Below are positions 36,044 through 50,472 of a DNA stretch of 64,000 bases, in pieces. The DNA is from Octopus vulgaris. Its lineage: Eukaryota. The position numbers and the translations under genes are program-made. Position 1 is the first letter of the stretch; each line of letters begins with the position of its first letter. The DNA lies in NCBI GenBank assembly GCA_951406725.2, contig OX597821.1, positions 84,568,001 through 84,632,000 on the forward strand, read 5' to 3'. The notes under the pieces were generated by a model. The model was given only the letters and a program-made list of their open reading frames with translations. It searched no databases and was not told where the DNA came from.

Positions 36044-36999
36044 TATATGTATATATATATATATAACATTATTAAATCTGCGTCTCAACAAGATCACGCG
36101 ATAAATACTCTCTCTTTCTCTACCATGATTCAATCGAACGCAGTCACTCTATCTCTTCTACCGTTACACCAACGGCCCTTACTCCTTTGATCTTTCAAAA
36201 TTCATACCAGCATCGCTCAAGACTCTTAGATGCTACCGAGATTTATCGTCACAGATCCTACTATATACATGTTGGCCAATCATTTCTCTTTAGAGTTGCG
36301 GTACTCTGGTACTCTTTCCACCAATGTTTTGCAAGAAGACGTTGATCAGCTGAAGTTCAACAACAACAAATCTGTTAAAGCTTTCAAAGTCTATGGAAAT
36401 TGCATTTCATCTCCCTCTTATGTGAGTCTAGCATCACACAATGATGTAATTTATAAAAGTACCAAATAGACTAAGTCAGTATGTACTAATCTTTTGACTC
36501 GCTAAGTATTCTACGAAATTCCTTTGTGCCTTTATAACGGATCATACTAAGTGATTATTCGTTTGGTCTCCTTGGAATTGATTTAAAATCGAAGTGAAAT
36601 AATTTATTTTGATAATCAATGTATCTGTAATTCACTAGATTACAATAGCACCGTTATAGACGCCGAGAAGATACCATTCCTCTCCCCCAAATTGCTCTCA
36701 ACCAAAATTATGGGCATGAATTTGATGATTTTTTTTTTCAGGGATGGATATCTGAAACTGACGATTTAAAAGGGAATAAGATAATTACATCCGTGAATTG
36801 AAACTGGATAACATGCTGTTCCACTGGTTAGCTTAGATTAAAAACAAACAAAAAAATTCACGTTGGAATTTTTTAATATTAAATTTGAAATTTACAATAC
36901 AGGGAAATATAAAACTGTGTGAGATTAAGTGATGGTTAAACATTTTCGACAAGTAATGCACGACGCTTATTAGAATCGAAACTAGATAGGGATTAAAAT

Positions 37000-37255
37000 A
37001 AAAAATAAATGCGCCCTTTTAAAGCCTAGCCAGGCTCATGGGCCCGGTTTCCCGGTTTCTATGGCGTATGTGTTCCCCAGCTGGACGGGACGCCAGTCCA
37101 TCGCAGCATTACTCATATTTGCCAGCTGAGTGGACTGGAGCAACGTGAAATGAAGTGTTTTGCTCAAGAACACAACGCGTCGCCCGGTCCAGGAAACGAA
37201 ACCACAATCTCACGATCATGGTGCTGACACCTTAACCACTAAGCCACGCGCCTCT
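37000..37255 (-). mobile_element. SINE family D (tRNA-like head ggcgcgtggcttagtggttaag; body gttcttgagcaaaacacttcatttcacgttgctccag)
   Basis: A/B boxes, A-rich tail; related fragments near 13130, 20870, 21120, 52340 and 53145. Confidence 0.75.
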
Positions 37256-37627
37256 TACAGATAGTGATTACTGTACATGAAAAACCTATCCTTACGCTAT
37301 AATGCTAATCAATGATTTGGCTGCCTCGATGTGTTTTTAAGATAGAGTCACGGTTTTTCTAGGATGGCATATGACAAGGGTAAAACCGAACAGTATTTTA
37401 CAAATCACACGATCTGATAGGGATATCTGTGTTCTTAGATAATAACCCTGTCTAATGGATGAACTTTGACCTTTTTCTAATCTATGGTAAAAGAAATAAT
37501 TACAATTGTTAGGAAGATCTGATAATATTTTTTTGAAATGTCGAATCGTTCAAAAAGTGGATTCTTCATTTTGTTTTTCAAGTTAATGCATCAAGAAAAA
37601 CAAACAAACAAACAAACAAAACAAACA

Positions 37628-37971
37628 GGCGCAGGCGTGGCTGTGTGATAAGAAGCTTGCTTCTCAACTACATGGTTTCGGGTTCAGTCCCACTGCGTGG
37701 CACCTTGGGCAAGTGTCTTCTACTATAGCCTTGGGCCGACCAAAGCATTGTGAGTGGTTTTGGTAGACGGAAACTGAAAGAAGCCGGTCGTATATATGTG
37801 TGTTTGTTCCCCCACCCCCGCATCATCGCTGTTGGTGTGTTTACGTCCCCGTAACCAGCGGTTCGGCAAAAGACACCGATAGAATAAGTACTAGGCTTAC
37901 AAAGAATTTGTTCGACTAAATGACGGTGTTCCAGCATGGCCGCAGCCAAATAACTGAAACAAGTAAAAGAG
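37628..37971 (+). mobile_element. SINE family B
   Basis: Homologous copy. Confidence 0.8.
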
Positions 37972-38028
37972 CAAACAAACAAATCAAGAAAGACAGATGA
38001 CTGACAGGAAAGCAATACACGTCTTTAT

Positions 38029-38397
38029 TGGAGGCGCAATGGCCCAGTGGTTAGGGTAGCGGACTCGCGGTCGTAGGATCGCGGTTTCGATTCCCAGACC
38101 GGGCGTTGTGAGTGTTTATTGAGCGAAAACACCTAAAGCTCCACGAGGCTCCGGCAGGGGATGGTGGTGATCCCTGCTGTACTCTTTCACCACAACTTTC
38201 TCTCACTCTTACTTCCTGTTTCTGTTGTACCTGTACCTTGTCACTCTCTGTGTCACGCTGAATATCCCCGAGAACTACGTTAAGGGTACACGTGACTGTG
38301 GAGTGCTCAGCCACTTACACGTTTATTTCACGAGCAGGCTGTTCCGTTGATCTGATCAACCGGAACCCTCGTCGTCGTAACCGACGGAGTGCTTCCA
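38029..38397 (+). mobile_element. SINE family A
   Basis: TSD acacgtctttat. Confidence 0.9.
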
Positions 38398-38610
38398 CAC
38401 ACGTCTTTATCTCTCACTATGAATTGAATGTTGTTACGCTCCTCTAATATATACGAGTGAGTGGACAAAGAAAAGAAGGGCATTCAACACATCTGTTGGG
38501 TTACATGTATGGATCAAAACAGTTTGATTCAAATTTCCAGTAGCTAAGGATTAGCATCGCACTTTGAAACTTGGAGTATTTGTATCAAACTGTTTTGATC
38601 CATATGTATA

Positions 38611-38843
38611 TATTTCTTTATTGCCCACAAGGGGCTAAACATAGAGGGGACAAACAAGGACAGAAAAAGGGATTAAGTAGATTACATCGACTCCAGTGCG
38701 TAACTGGTACTTTATTTATCGACCCCGAAAGGATGAAAGGCAAAGTCGACCTCGGCGGAATTTGAACTCAGAACGTAGCGAGAGACGAAATACTGCTGAG
38801 CATTTCGCCCGGCGTGCTAACGTTTCTGCCAGCTCGCCGCCTT
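38611..38843 (-). mobile_element. SINE family C
   Basis: Flanked by repeated tgatccatatgtatat. Confidence 0.85.
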
Positions 38844-38959
38844 ATGATCGCTATGATCCATATGTATATCACAAATTGGACACAGTCAGTGATGGATATT
38901 GATGGAGGGAACATGTGGAGAAAGGAGACCTCCGTCTTCCCTTCTTTGGACTGTTCTAT

Positions 38960-38994
38960 ATTTCTGACGAAGAACTCCGCTCGAAACGTGAATT
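38960..38994 (+). ncRNA. Degenerate hammerhead motif
   Basis: CTGACGA-A-GAAC-tcc-GCTC-GAAAC-GTG; G at the cleavage position and weak stem I. Confidence 0.4.
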
Positions 38995-39087
38995 CTTTTC
39001 TTTCCTTTCCTGAGCGTCCAGTAACACAGCACTTGTTCCACCTCCTCGCGTTGTTGTTTTATCTTGATTGTTCTTGTTTGGATTGAC

Positions 39088-39146
<59 letters not shown>

Positions 39147-39442
39147 CTGATGTTGAGAAAATCTCATCTAGCTTCTCTCTTCAGACTTTCGCGTTCGGTT
39201 TTCTACAATCCTCCTTACTTTATACTTGTTTCTGGAGAGATTACGTCTTTTCTTCGGTGGTATATTTTCCTCAATATTGTAAACAAAAAATTATGAACAT
39301 AGAAAGAAATTAGGCATTAATCCCAATTTTTGTAAGCAGTTGTATCCGTAAAAATGTTATTTGAAGAGAGCAGAAATTGAAAGAAGATAAAAAGAACAGA
39401 GAAAGAAAGTGAAAGATGTATGTACGTCTATAGGAAATTGAC

Positions 39443-39495
<53 letters not shown>

Positions 39496-40236
39496 CGTGC
39501 GTGAGAGAGAGAGGGAGAAAGAGAGTGTGAAAAAGAGAAAGAGTGAGTGAGTGAAGGTGTGTATCGTGATGATTGATGTCTTTTAAGGTACACACACATA
39601 GAAAATGTGACGTCATCGTATAAAATTTTTACGATAGTTGATTTATGGAAAAGATTAGAATGTTACATTTTTGAAATGCAAATATGTGAATGAAAATTAA
39701 GTTTAATTTGTAGCCAAAATAGTCCTGAACCTTTTGATACCCCATACGTCAAAATCTGTAACTCGGTTTTGGAAAGCATAAGGAATATATAATATCAATG
39801 AGGCAGACTTCTACAAGGTAGCTAGACCTGGTAGAAATATCAACCAAATCTGTCTCAAAACACCCTACTGTCTTAATCGGACAATTCTGCCTTTATGTAG
39901 TTTGAATGAGAAATTGTAACTAAAGATTAAGATTATTAACCCAACAGAGAGAAGAAAGAAGAGAGACAGCATAGCGATGGTTTTGGCTGACTGTCATCTT
40001 GTACTCCCCTTGTTGCTAGTGAAATGGTATGTGCCGGCTGTGTGAGAAACTGGTTGTTTTAATGGCGGAACAAACAGGACATTAAAGATTACAAAAATAG
40101 CGATTCCTACTTTGAAACTAAATTACAGAACGCCCAGCTCTCTCATGTTTCCATGTTTCAAATTTCAGCGCGATCGGATGAACAATACTCGAGTTATAAG
40201 CGCACAAACAGACAGACGGAACGATTTTATATATTA

Positions 40237-40290
<54 letters not shown>

Positions 40291-40312
40291 CGCCAGCTAA
40301 ACTTGTTGTACT

Positions 40313-40352
<40 letters not shown>

Positions 40353-40693
40353 CGCCAGCTAAACTTGTTGTACTGTTTATTAGTCGTAAGACACCCGCTG
40401 TTTTTGTCCTATTTTTACCATTATTGTTTTTTGTATTTTATATTCGTGTGGCATCGTCCGTTTTTCTGTCCCTGTTTCTTATACATTCGATCCTTCTTCC
40501 AAGAAATCTAATGCTCGTAGCTTAGTTTTTCCTTGGGGCTGGCCGGATCGGAGCGATCTCAAGATTAATCAGCCGAAATTGCTAGGATGATCCGGTTCTT
40601 GACTGAAGATTGAAGGCTTCGAATGTCCCGTCCGTGTTTTTTGTATCGTCTTCTAAATGTTTTACGTTCTTGTCCCAGTTTGTATTTTTCTAC

Positions 40694-40739
<46 letters not shown>

Positions 40740-40909
40740 TATATAATATTAATTAGAGACAAAACCACTATTATGCAAATAAAACAAAGAAAGACTTAAT
40801 CCAATACATAAAAATTTTTTATTTACTTCTATATATATTTACTTCTATATATAATTTTCCCTCACGGGCTATTCTTTACTGGAAAGGCAATACTCTCGTA
40901 TTGCATTAC

Positions 40910-40979
<70 letters not shown>

Positions 40980-41272
40980 CATTCATTCTCCTCGAACACA
41001 TATAGTTCAGATCCAGGTTGGCCTTAATCAAACAGACCTATGATCAAAGGCATTCAGTCACGACACTATCGTCTTCTTCTATATATACAGCTACATTTTT
41101 CCATATAACCTTCTTGGAAATTTTTTAAGACTGAAGGATGTGGTTTGAGAAAGATTTGATTGTTATTTCTAATAGATCGAGGGACCGCATAGTACAGGCT
41201 TCTCTATTAACTCATATAAAAATATGTTAACACGCAGGTTGTTGTAGAGAGAAAGAGAGAGAGAGACAGATG

Positions 41273-41306
<34 letters not shown>

Positions 41307-41319
41307 AGGAGGAAGTAAT

Positions 41320-41560
41320 AAAATACCTATTTCTTTACTACCCACAAGGGGCTAAACACAGAGAGGACAAACAAGGACAGACAAACTGATTAAGTCGATT
41401 ATATCGACCCCAATGCATAACTGGTACTTAATTTATCGACCCCGAAAGGATGAAAGGCAAAGTCGACCTCGGCGGGATTTGAACTCAGAACGTAACGGCA
41501 GACGAAATACGGCTACGCATTTCGCCCAGCGTGCTAACGATTCTGCCAGCTCACCACCCT
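41320..41560 (-). mobile_element. SINE family C
   Basis: Near-identical to 25392-25630. Confidence 0.85.
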
Positions 41561-43648
41561 GGAAGTAACAAAATACCAAGTTACTAAATGACAGTTTATA
41601 TGAGTTGTGATACAAATATTTTCTTGCTACCGAGCAAGATCCATGTTTCACAACAGTGGCTGTTGTTCATTCCCGAGTCAGCTCCACTCGAGCTGATCTA
41701 TGATAAAATGCTGGGATCTTTTCACTTTGACCGGCAGATTTTTAAAATAATTTCTTTGTAGCTAAACACTTTTAAACTTCGTATACTGGTAGAATGTGTT
41801 ACATAAAACATCTTTTTCTCTTGGCTTTCTTGAGAAAATTCTGTAGTTTGTAAGCTATTTGTTGTTTAATTTCTTGCATTTCGGCAGTTTTAAATGATGA
41901 TATAAGTACATTTATGATAATATTTCGGAGTTTTTAAATAATATAAGTACATTTATCTTTCTAAAAACAAACAAAAAAATTCTTCAGTATGTTCAATTAG
42001 TCAATCAATCAATTAACCAATCGATCAATGTCAGCTAGCATGCATACGATCAAATAATTTTGTGTTAGGTTTGTGGATTGGACACATTAAGAATGTAAAG
42101 ATGTCGAAAGGAGGAGAGCCTGAATTATAAAGTACCACCTCACCTCTAGAGGTGGTACCACAGTCAAGTAGTTCAGATCTATGTCTTCTATCGCTGTAGA
42201 AACGTTAGAAAACACAGACAGAGGATACGATATTTATTTGAGCCAATGATTATATAAGAAGTGAACTTTTATCAACACACCTGGATAACGTTTTTTTTTT
42301 TTTGTTTTGTTTTGGAGAAAGTATTAGATGCTAGTGCATAGAACAATAACTTCGTCTTAGATGTGTCGATCACATTTGAACCATGTAAATAGCCAATTTG
42401 TATATAGCTGGCTGCGAAAATAAAACTAGCCTTTAGAAGCAGTTATATATATGAGGTCACTGTAAGAGAGGATCAGAGTTTTAAGAGGCCGAACGGTTGC
42501 AGCGAGGGTGTAATATTAGGAGAGTATTTCACCGATATGTGTAGTGACCGTTTTGGCGCTGTTGAAAGAGACCAGTTTGCTGAGTCCACACAAAAGGACA
42601 TTTCGGGGATCTTTATTAATATAAAGTATAAGTTGAGCATGAAATGTCTATCATCTCGGTCAACTGTACATCACTTCCAGTTTTTTTTACTTGTTTTTTT
42701 TTTACAAATTACGATTATGAAGTGAATTGCTAAGACAAAGGCTACCAATTGTTTAATTATTGATTCAACCTTTTGATATTATGGGGATTTTATCAACAAA
42801 ACTGATAAAAATTAAGTGTATTCTTTTGTAATAATTTTAATTTTTACATTTCTGAACAATGTAAATGTTGAAAAGTAGAGAGATGACAGACATTCAACAT
42901 TTTGAAAGATTAAACTTTCAGGTCAACAACTTTTGGTTTTAGGCCAAGGTCGTTCACGATACAACTATCTTTATAATAAACCGTATTATAACCGTTATTA
43001 ACTCACGTTTTTTTATAAGCACAATTTATCTCGGAAGGCATTATTAAATATACTTTCTTTAAGACAAGTAAGGCGAATTGAGGGAGATTTTGTTGATATT
43101 TTCTAATCAGTCGAGTGATCAGACATACTCTCTCGATGATTAGTCATTGTATTAAATATTGGTTGCTGATTAACTAAAAACAAAGGTTCTATACTTTAGC
43201 AGAGGAAGACAAGATACTGTGATGGTCATGTTTTTACTTAAGATATTAATAAAACATTCTCTTAGTTTGATTCCTTTCATTATATATCGTTGTTACCTAA
43301 CAAGCAATAATTAGAGCTAAGATCAATATTTTGAATGTAGCATTGCTTCATAATCATGCCACACGAGAATGAGAATGTCTGTCATGAACTTTGACACAGA
43401 TAGATGAATAAACTGTGTAGTCATTATACTTGTTTCATTTGTTAACATGAGGCGGAGAATGTTTATAGTATCTGTCGACATTTCTGCAGTGGGTGGTAGA
43501 GATAACTATGGAGGTTAATGTTCGAATCAAATTCTTGTGAGCTGCTGGTTGGGACAAAATGATAAGCAGGTATAAAGTTACAAAGGGTTCCAGGTGTGAA
43601 GTTAAAGTATTAGAATGTATTGTTAGTGCACCGTTGTACATAAGTCAG

Positions 43649-44036
43649 GTGGAGGCGCAATGGCCCAGTGGTTAGAGCAGCGGACTCGCGGTCGTAGGCT
43701 CGTGGTTTCGATTCCCAGACCGGGCGTTGTGAGTGTTTATTGAGCGAAAACACCTAAAGCTCCACGAGGCTCCGGCAGGGGATGGTGGTGATCCCTTCTG
43801 TACTCTTTCACCACAACTTTCTCTCACTCTTACTTCCTGTTTCTGTTGTACCTGTATTTCAAAGGGCCGGCCTTGTCACTCTCTGTGTCACGCTGAATAT
43901 CCCCGAGAACTACGTTAAGGGTACACGTGTCTGTGGAGTGCTCAGCCACTTACACGTTAATTTCACGAGCAGGCTGTTCTGTTGATTCGGATCAACCGGA
44001 ACCCTGATCGTCGTAACCGACGGAGTGCTTCCACCA
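43649..44036 (+). mobile_element. SINE family A
   Basis: TSD acataagtca. Confidence 0.9.
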
Positions 44037-46255
44037 CATAAGTCAACTGTACTCGTGTTACATTTAGGTAACTCATTCTAAGTCGGATAAGCACGCAAAA
44101 CCTATACATGCTGCCTAACAAAAGAACGTTTCATAGTTAGTGCTCTTCAAAAATGCACCTGATAAGAAAGTGCATTCTTAATTCACATGTCATTGTAACA
44201 CAATAATGCATCACCTGATAGTGTCCTTTGTGACAGTTCGTTTATAGATAAAGAGATTCTTAATCTATCAATATAACCTTTTAGTAAGCACTTGTGATAA
44301 ACTTTTTTTTTTTTACTGTGGTGAGTATCGGCAAATTATATCCTTTACAATAGTATTAACTGACTTCTAACCACACGTTCCTCCTTTAAACCAAGAATAT
44401 ATAACAGATGGGTTATATTTTCGAGCGAACAAATTATAATTTCTGGTCTTGAACCGCTTCTATTTCACTGAAAATCTTATATTATAAAAGAGAAGCAGAT
44501 TCTCGTCACAAAATATATGTGGAGGCAGGGGAGGAGGAAAGTTTTTGAAGTTGAGAGAGAAATACAGTTAAAGTGTGTGTGTGTGTGTGTGTGTGTAAGT
44601 AATATAGTGTTGCCAGCATAGAAGCTAACAAGTTTTGATTAAAAACACGAGAATTTTAAGTGCAAGTATGTGAACACAATGCAACACAGGCTTAAAAAAA
44701 CTTTCACTATATAACTATAGTTATTGTTTTGGTCACGCATTAGCGCCTGTGTCATTCAACATAGACACTGCAACAGACTCTTTAAAAAAAGACTTTTTTG
44801 AGAGAGAGAGATAAGTAATGTGTTGTTACCATAGTAACTAACGAGACTTTCACTATATAACAGCCTACTTTTATAAGAAGGTACGTGCATGATTAACACA
44901 TTTTTTTACCGGCAGTGTAGTGACGAATAGAGACCTAGTTATTTTAAAACAAACGAAAGTCAACCCTCAAAAGAGTACACAGTTCACGTATTTGAAACGG
45001 CGCAGTAGTTTATTACATTTACAACTCAAGCATTTTCATAACCACTCTCCTGCTCATCTTTTTACTCCTAACCACCGACTTTCAATATCAGGTGGATCAA
45101 TCAAATTGTTTTCTGACCTAGGCACAAGGTCTCAAATGTAGTAAGTTGGTTATTTTCATATCATATCGATTCCAATTCTTGTACCTATGGATTCTTGTCA
45201 GATTAACTTTGCGCTTTGTGTTGATTTTATATTGCACATATAACTAAAGTTTAGCTAAACTATTTTCATACTTATCAGGACGGTGTTTATCTGAAATTTA
45301 TCGGTGCGATGATCTATGAGAACGCTCTAAAAGCAATCTGTCTATTAAAAACGTGGAATTTCTTTTAAGGTTTAGAAATTCTGTTTCACTCTCGGGTCAA
45401 GCCTGATATAAGCTTCATGCTATAATTTTTTTATTTTTCCGACTTGACTAGAATTTTTATTTTATCGACCTTGGAAAGACAAAGGGTAAAGTTGACCGCA
45501 GGAAGAATTGAACACAGAATATAAAGCGCAGAAACTGAAAAAAAAAAATTCTCGTTACCCCAATAAGATGACAGTCAATGACGACCTTGGGAATTTCTGT
45601 ACACTGATTTCTAATATTGGTTTCAAATTTTGGCACAAGGTCAGCGATTTTGGGAGAGGGGTTAAGTCGATTGCATCAACTGGTATTTACGTTATCGACC
45701 CCGAAAGCAGGAAAGACAAAGTCGACCTGGGCGGAATTTGAACGCAAAACGTAAAGACATGAAATTGCGCTAAGCATTTTGCCCGGTGTGCTAACGATTC
45801 TGATATTGGAAAAAAAAAAAAAAAAAAAATCAAATTTTGGAGGGAAGATATTGTCAATTAAATTGAAGCCAGCACTGCACTGGTTCTTTATTTTATTGAT
45901 TTCGGAATGATGAAAGGCAAATTCTGTGGGATTTGAACTCAGAACGTAATGAGACTAAATACAAATTATTTCGTCCAACGTTCAGTTGATTTGGCCCATC
46001 CACTGCCATAGTAAAAATTAAAATTAATGATGATGAAATGTGCTCCTAGTTCACTGAGAAAATTAGTCCGTCACTAGTGTTGTTTCCATGGTAAACATTT
46101 TATAATTTCTGTTTCCACAACAACGAGTTCTATCATGTCCATTATTTCCTGCACTGAAATATAAAGTAGTGAGAGATCATGGTATGTCTCCACGTCTTGA
46201 AGATAACCAAGAAGACTTTTTCACACGTATATGAAAGTATATAACAGAACAGGAT

Positions 46256-46492
46256 CTCGAAGCACATCACATAAAGCTATAGATAATAGCACGTAAATAT
46301 TGGGTTGAAAATCCCTTTTGGATAGGAAAGTCGAAGGCTGCCCTTGGGATTCGAACCCACACCTTTTATAGACACGACAGGAGATGTGGGTTCGATTTCG
46401 CATGGACAGCCTTCGACCTTTTCGATCAAAAAGGGTTTTTCAACCCAATATCTACATGCTATTTTCTATAGCATTATGTTGTGTGCTTCGAG
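46256..46492. repeat. Diverged palindrome with outward-facing B-boxes
   Basis: ~105-bp inverted arms 46256-46361 and 46385-46492; GGTTCGA(A/T)T at the inner ends. Confidence 0.8.
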
Positions 46493-46956
46493 CTCCAGTG
46501 TTCCCCAACAAAATTATTTCACGTTCTCTCAAAAGTTTATAGCATTATGATATCAACAGTATATATATATATATGTTTGCATGTATGTATGCATATATGT
46601 ATGTCTCTTTTTGTGTGTGTATGTGTTTATAGCGATAGAATCTCCTTGGTGGCTGCTCGCAAGACATTAACCACTTTGTCGATATCTTCTGGCTGATGTG
46701 TTCTGTTCACAGCAATCCGTAAACTGTAAAGATGAAAAAAAAACAACAACATTGATTTAAGCAGTTATGACGCACACATTTATCTATGACGTAAACATTG
46801 GATAATGATTTAAAAACATTGAATCGATTTATTTTGTATTCAGTGATTTACGATCAAAATTTTGATTCATGATGTAAAACGTACAAGGAGAAAGAAGAGA
46901 ATTACGTAGGTAAACAAAATTGAGAGACATGGAAGAAAAAGATGGATGCTGTAAAA

Positions 46957-46992
<36 letters not shown>

Positions 46993-47260
46993 CATGTAGA
47001 GATATAGATAGAGGGGGGGGGGAGAAAATGAAGATATTTTCCATCCTGTTTTTTCTTTTTTCTGTGTTCTCTACGAAATTAATATTTGGATATCTCAGGA
47101 TTTTCTAAACGAAATATATATTACTGTCTGGTCTGAGATAAACCTTGATCTACAGGTGGTGGTCTGCAGATAAAACACGTCCTAATCATGAGCACTTTTA
47201 TTTTTAGTTTTTAGAATACATATATTATGCAATGTATCCTTGTTTTAGCCAGTAAGGTTA

Positions 47261-48170
47261 TCGTAAATCCTCGAGGATGGAAGCACTCCGTCGGTTACGA
47301 CGATGAGGGTTCCGGTTGATCCGAATCAACGGAACAGCCTGCTCGTGAAATTAACGTGTAAGTGGCTGAGCACTGCACAGACACGTGCACCCTTAACGTA
47401 GTTCTCGGGGATATTCAGCGAGACACAGAGAGTGACAAGGCCGGCCCTTTGAAATACAGGTACAACAGAAACAGGAAGTAAGAGTGAGAGAAAGTTGTGG
47501 TGAAAGAGTGCAGCAGGGATCACCACCATCCCCTGCCGGAGCCTCGTGGAGCTTTAGGTGTTTTCGCTCAATAAATACTCACAACGCCCGGTCTGGGAAT
47601 CGAAACCGCGATCCTATGACCGCGAGTCCGCTGCCCAAACCACTGGGCCATTGCGCCTCCACCCTCGAGTATAGTCCGCCCTTGAATATAATACGCAGGG
47701 GATTTTTAGAGGGGGGTACCTCTGAAAAACCTAAACCTTGTGTATAATACGCACCTCTTCTCTAACTTGAGTAAGGAGGTCTACATAACGTCCTTGGTTT
47801 GTAAAACTACGGTAACGTCCTTTATTATTAGTGTATATATAACATAATGCAAACGTGTAGCTTTTTTGTGCATTTTGTTTGCAGAATATAAAGAAATAAC
47901 AGTAATAACAGTAATAACGTTTAATAAATGTTGCTTACTTCAAGTTATGGATGATTCTTTTATGACCTCATTGCTTTCAGGCTTAGCTTAAGATATTTTC
48001 GCGCCCGACTTCACAAAATGTGTCTGAATAAACATTGCCGGACAGCAAATGGAGACTCGGACATTGCTTAGAAAATATTTTTCATTTTTAACCTCGTATA
48101 TAATACGCACTAGGGATTTTGACCTTTAAATTTTGGGAAAAAAATGCGGATTATACTCGAGGATTTACGG
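47261..48170. mobile_element. Tc1/mariner/pogo-like non-autonomous element with a SINE in its left TIR
   Basis: TIR (c/t)cgtaaatcctcgagtata(g/a)tccgc at both ends once the SINE is removed; TA flanks. Confidence 0.8.
47277..47662 (-). mobile_element. SINE family A
   Basis: TSD cctcgag. Confidence 0.9.
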
Positions 48171-50237
48171 TACTTTTAGAGAAATTTAGCTGCTATTTCT
48201 ACCATATCGACCCATCATGTCAAATGTTTCTCATTAGTAGAAATAGCAGCATATTCTCCCTTACATGAAACTACTGTTTCTAAAACAGACGGACACATTG
48301 AATAATGTCATCCTGGATATGAAATAACTCTAAAGTATTGGCCATGGATGGAACATCTTTGATCATAGGTCTACTCGATCAGAGCCTAACTAGGAGTAAG
48401 CAACAACAACGTTGACCTCAACGTCGAGGGCAACCAAGAATAAGACACTTCAATGAAACCAGAATTTAGTTTGGTTTAAAAAGTGAAGAGAAAATTTTTA
48501 TTTCCTTTCTTGGTCAAATAAGAAACTTCTCTTAAACAACAACAGCAGCAGCAGCGCTGTCTTTGCAGCATTACAGCCCCCCCCCCCCGCGAAAAACCAT
48601 TGCTCTGAGGAAAGCATAGATAATCAGAATCGGGCATGTGGACCCATGAGGCTACCGAGCGACCTTAAAACGGCGTTGAACAACAGTGGTGACGAATTAA
48701 TCTGACTTGTATTGATGTCTGCCGCCAAGAGTATTTGGGAAAAGATGGACGGAAGTAGTAAGAAAGGTGAGAATACAAGGAGTCGTACTTGCACGGTTGG
48801 GCCAGGCATAAAGGGACGGAGAGGATTACCAAAAAAGGAAATCAACCGGCGGGTTAGTTCACTAACCTGAAAAAACAGTGATAAATTAACATCTATATTT
48901 TTTTACTTCATATCATCCGTCAGACATATCTATAAACCCATGCGTTTTTAATCTTTTGTAAAGACTGCGTCTGACCCTTATATGTTCCTTGTCTGTCCTT
49001 GTTTGTCCCCTCTATGTATCCTTTTTATAGGAAATAAAGAAAACATGACTTGTATTGATGTCTGTGTACTTCATTGAGTGCATCTCGTAAATCATTGCAA
49101 ATAATATTCGTTTTAATAGAAAAGTTAGTTAAGGGGACGAGCTTGCTTAATCGTTAGCAGGCCGGGCTTAGTGGCATTCGTCCGTCTTTACGTTCTGGGT
49201 TCAAATTCCGCCAAGGTCGATTTCACTTTTCATCCTTTCGGGGGTCGATAAAATAAATATTAGTTGAGCATTGAGTTCTAACCAATTTACAGATTTCCCC
49301 CAAACTGTTGGCCGTGTGACAAATTATGGAACCAATATAAAAGTTAGTTTAGTTAAACGAAATATCCCATACTTAAACATTCTGCTTAACCTCATTAATT
49401 CTTATTCGTTGTCAGTCATAAAGGAATTTACTAATGTGAGTTTTTAAAAGTAGATAAAGTAGCGTATGAACAAGATAATGTGTTTTGGACAAGCTAAACA
49501 CGAAGAGGAATTTCTTTTATTAATCTTTTACACGTTTCAGTCATTGGACTGCAACTACATTGTGGTTCCGCCCTGAAGGGGTTAGTCGAACAAACAGAGC
49601 CCGGTACTTATTTTTCAAGCCTGATACTTATTCAATTGATCTCTTTTACTGGACTGATAATAGTAAAGTAACACGGTTAGCAAATGGAGAGAAGGCTTAT
49701 ACGAACACACACACACACACACACACACTGGCACTTCTTCGGTTACAACGACAAGGGTTTCATTCGATCCGATCACTTGGACAATCTCTCTCTTAAAATT
49801 AATGTGCAAGTGGTTGAGCATTCCACAGACACGAGTACCTTTAATGCAGTACTCAGGGAGATTCAGCGTGGCACAGAATGTGACAGGGCCGGAACTGTGA
49901 AATACAGGTACTACCTCGTTTTGCCAGCTGAGTGGACTGGGGCAATGTGAAATAAAGTGTCTTGCTCAAGGACACAAAATGCCGCCGGGCATCTAACGAC
50001 CATAAGATCCTGAACAGAAGACCCTAATCATTAAGCCACACGCCTTCACAAACACAAATAGAACGGGCTTCCACAGTTTCTCTCAACCAAATTTACTCAC
50101 AAGGAATTGGTCGGCCCGGAGCTGTAGAAGATAAGAGCTGTAGGTGCAGCACAATGAAACTGAACCCGAAACAACGCGGTTGCAAAGCAATTTCTCACCG
50201 CACAGCCATAGCTGTGAAATTCTCGAAATCATTAATA

Positions 50238-50472
50238 TCTGTTTCTTTATTGCCCACAAGGGGCCAAACACAGAAGGGACAAACAAGGACAGACAAACGG
50301 ATTAAGTCGATTACATCGACCCCAGTGCGTAACTGGAACTTAATTTATCGACCCCGAAAGGATGAAAGGCAAAGTCGACCTCGGCGTAATTTGAACTCAG
50401 AACGAAACGACAGAAGCAATACCGCTAAGCATTTCGTCCGGTGTGCTAACGTTTCTGCCAGCTCGCCGCCTT
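50238..50472 (-). mobile_element. SINE family C
   Basis: TSD tcgaaatcattaatatct. Confidence 0.85.

Noticed and set aside
42132-42158. Short hairpin gtaccacctc...gaggtggtac
   Set aside because: Too short and single-copy to interpret.
48624-48866. Minus-strand open frame after a ttttttcag acceptor
   Set aside because: No recognisable protein motif or partner exons.
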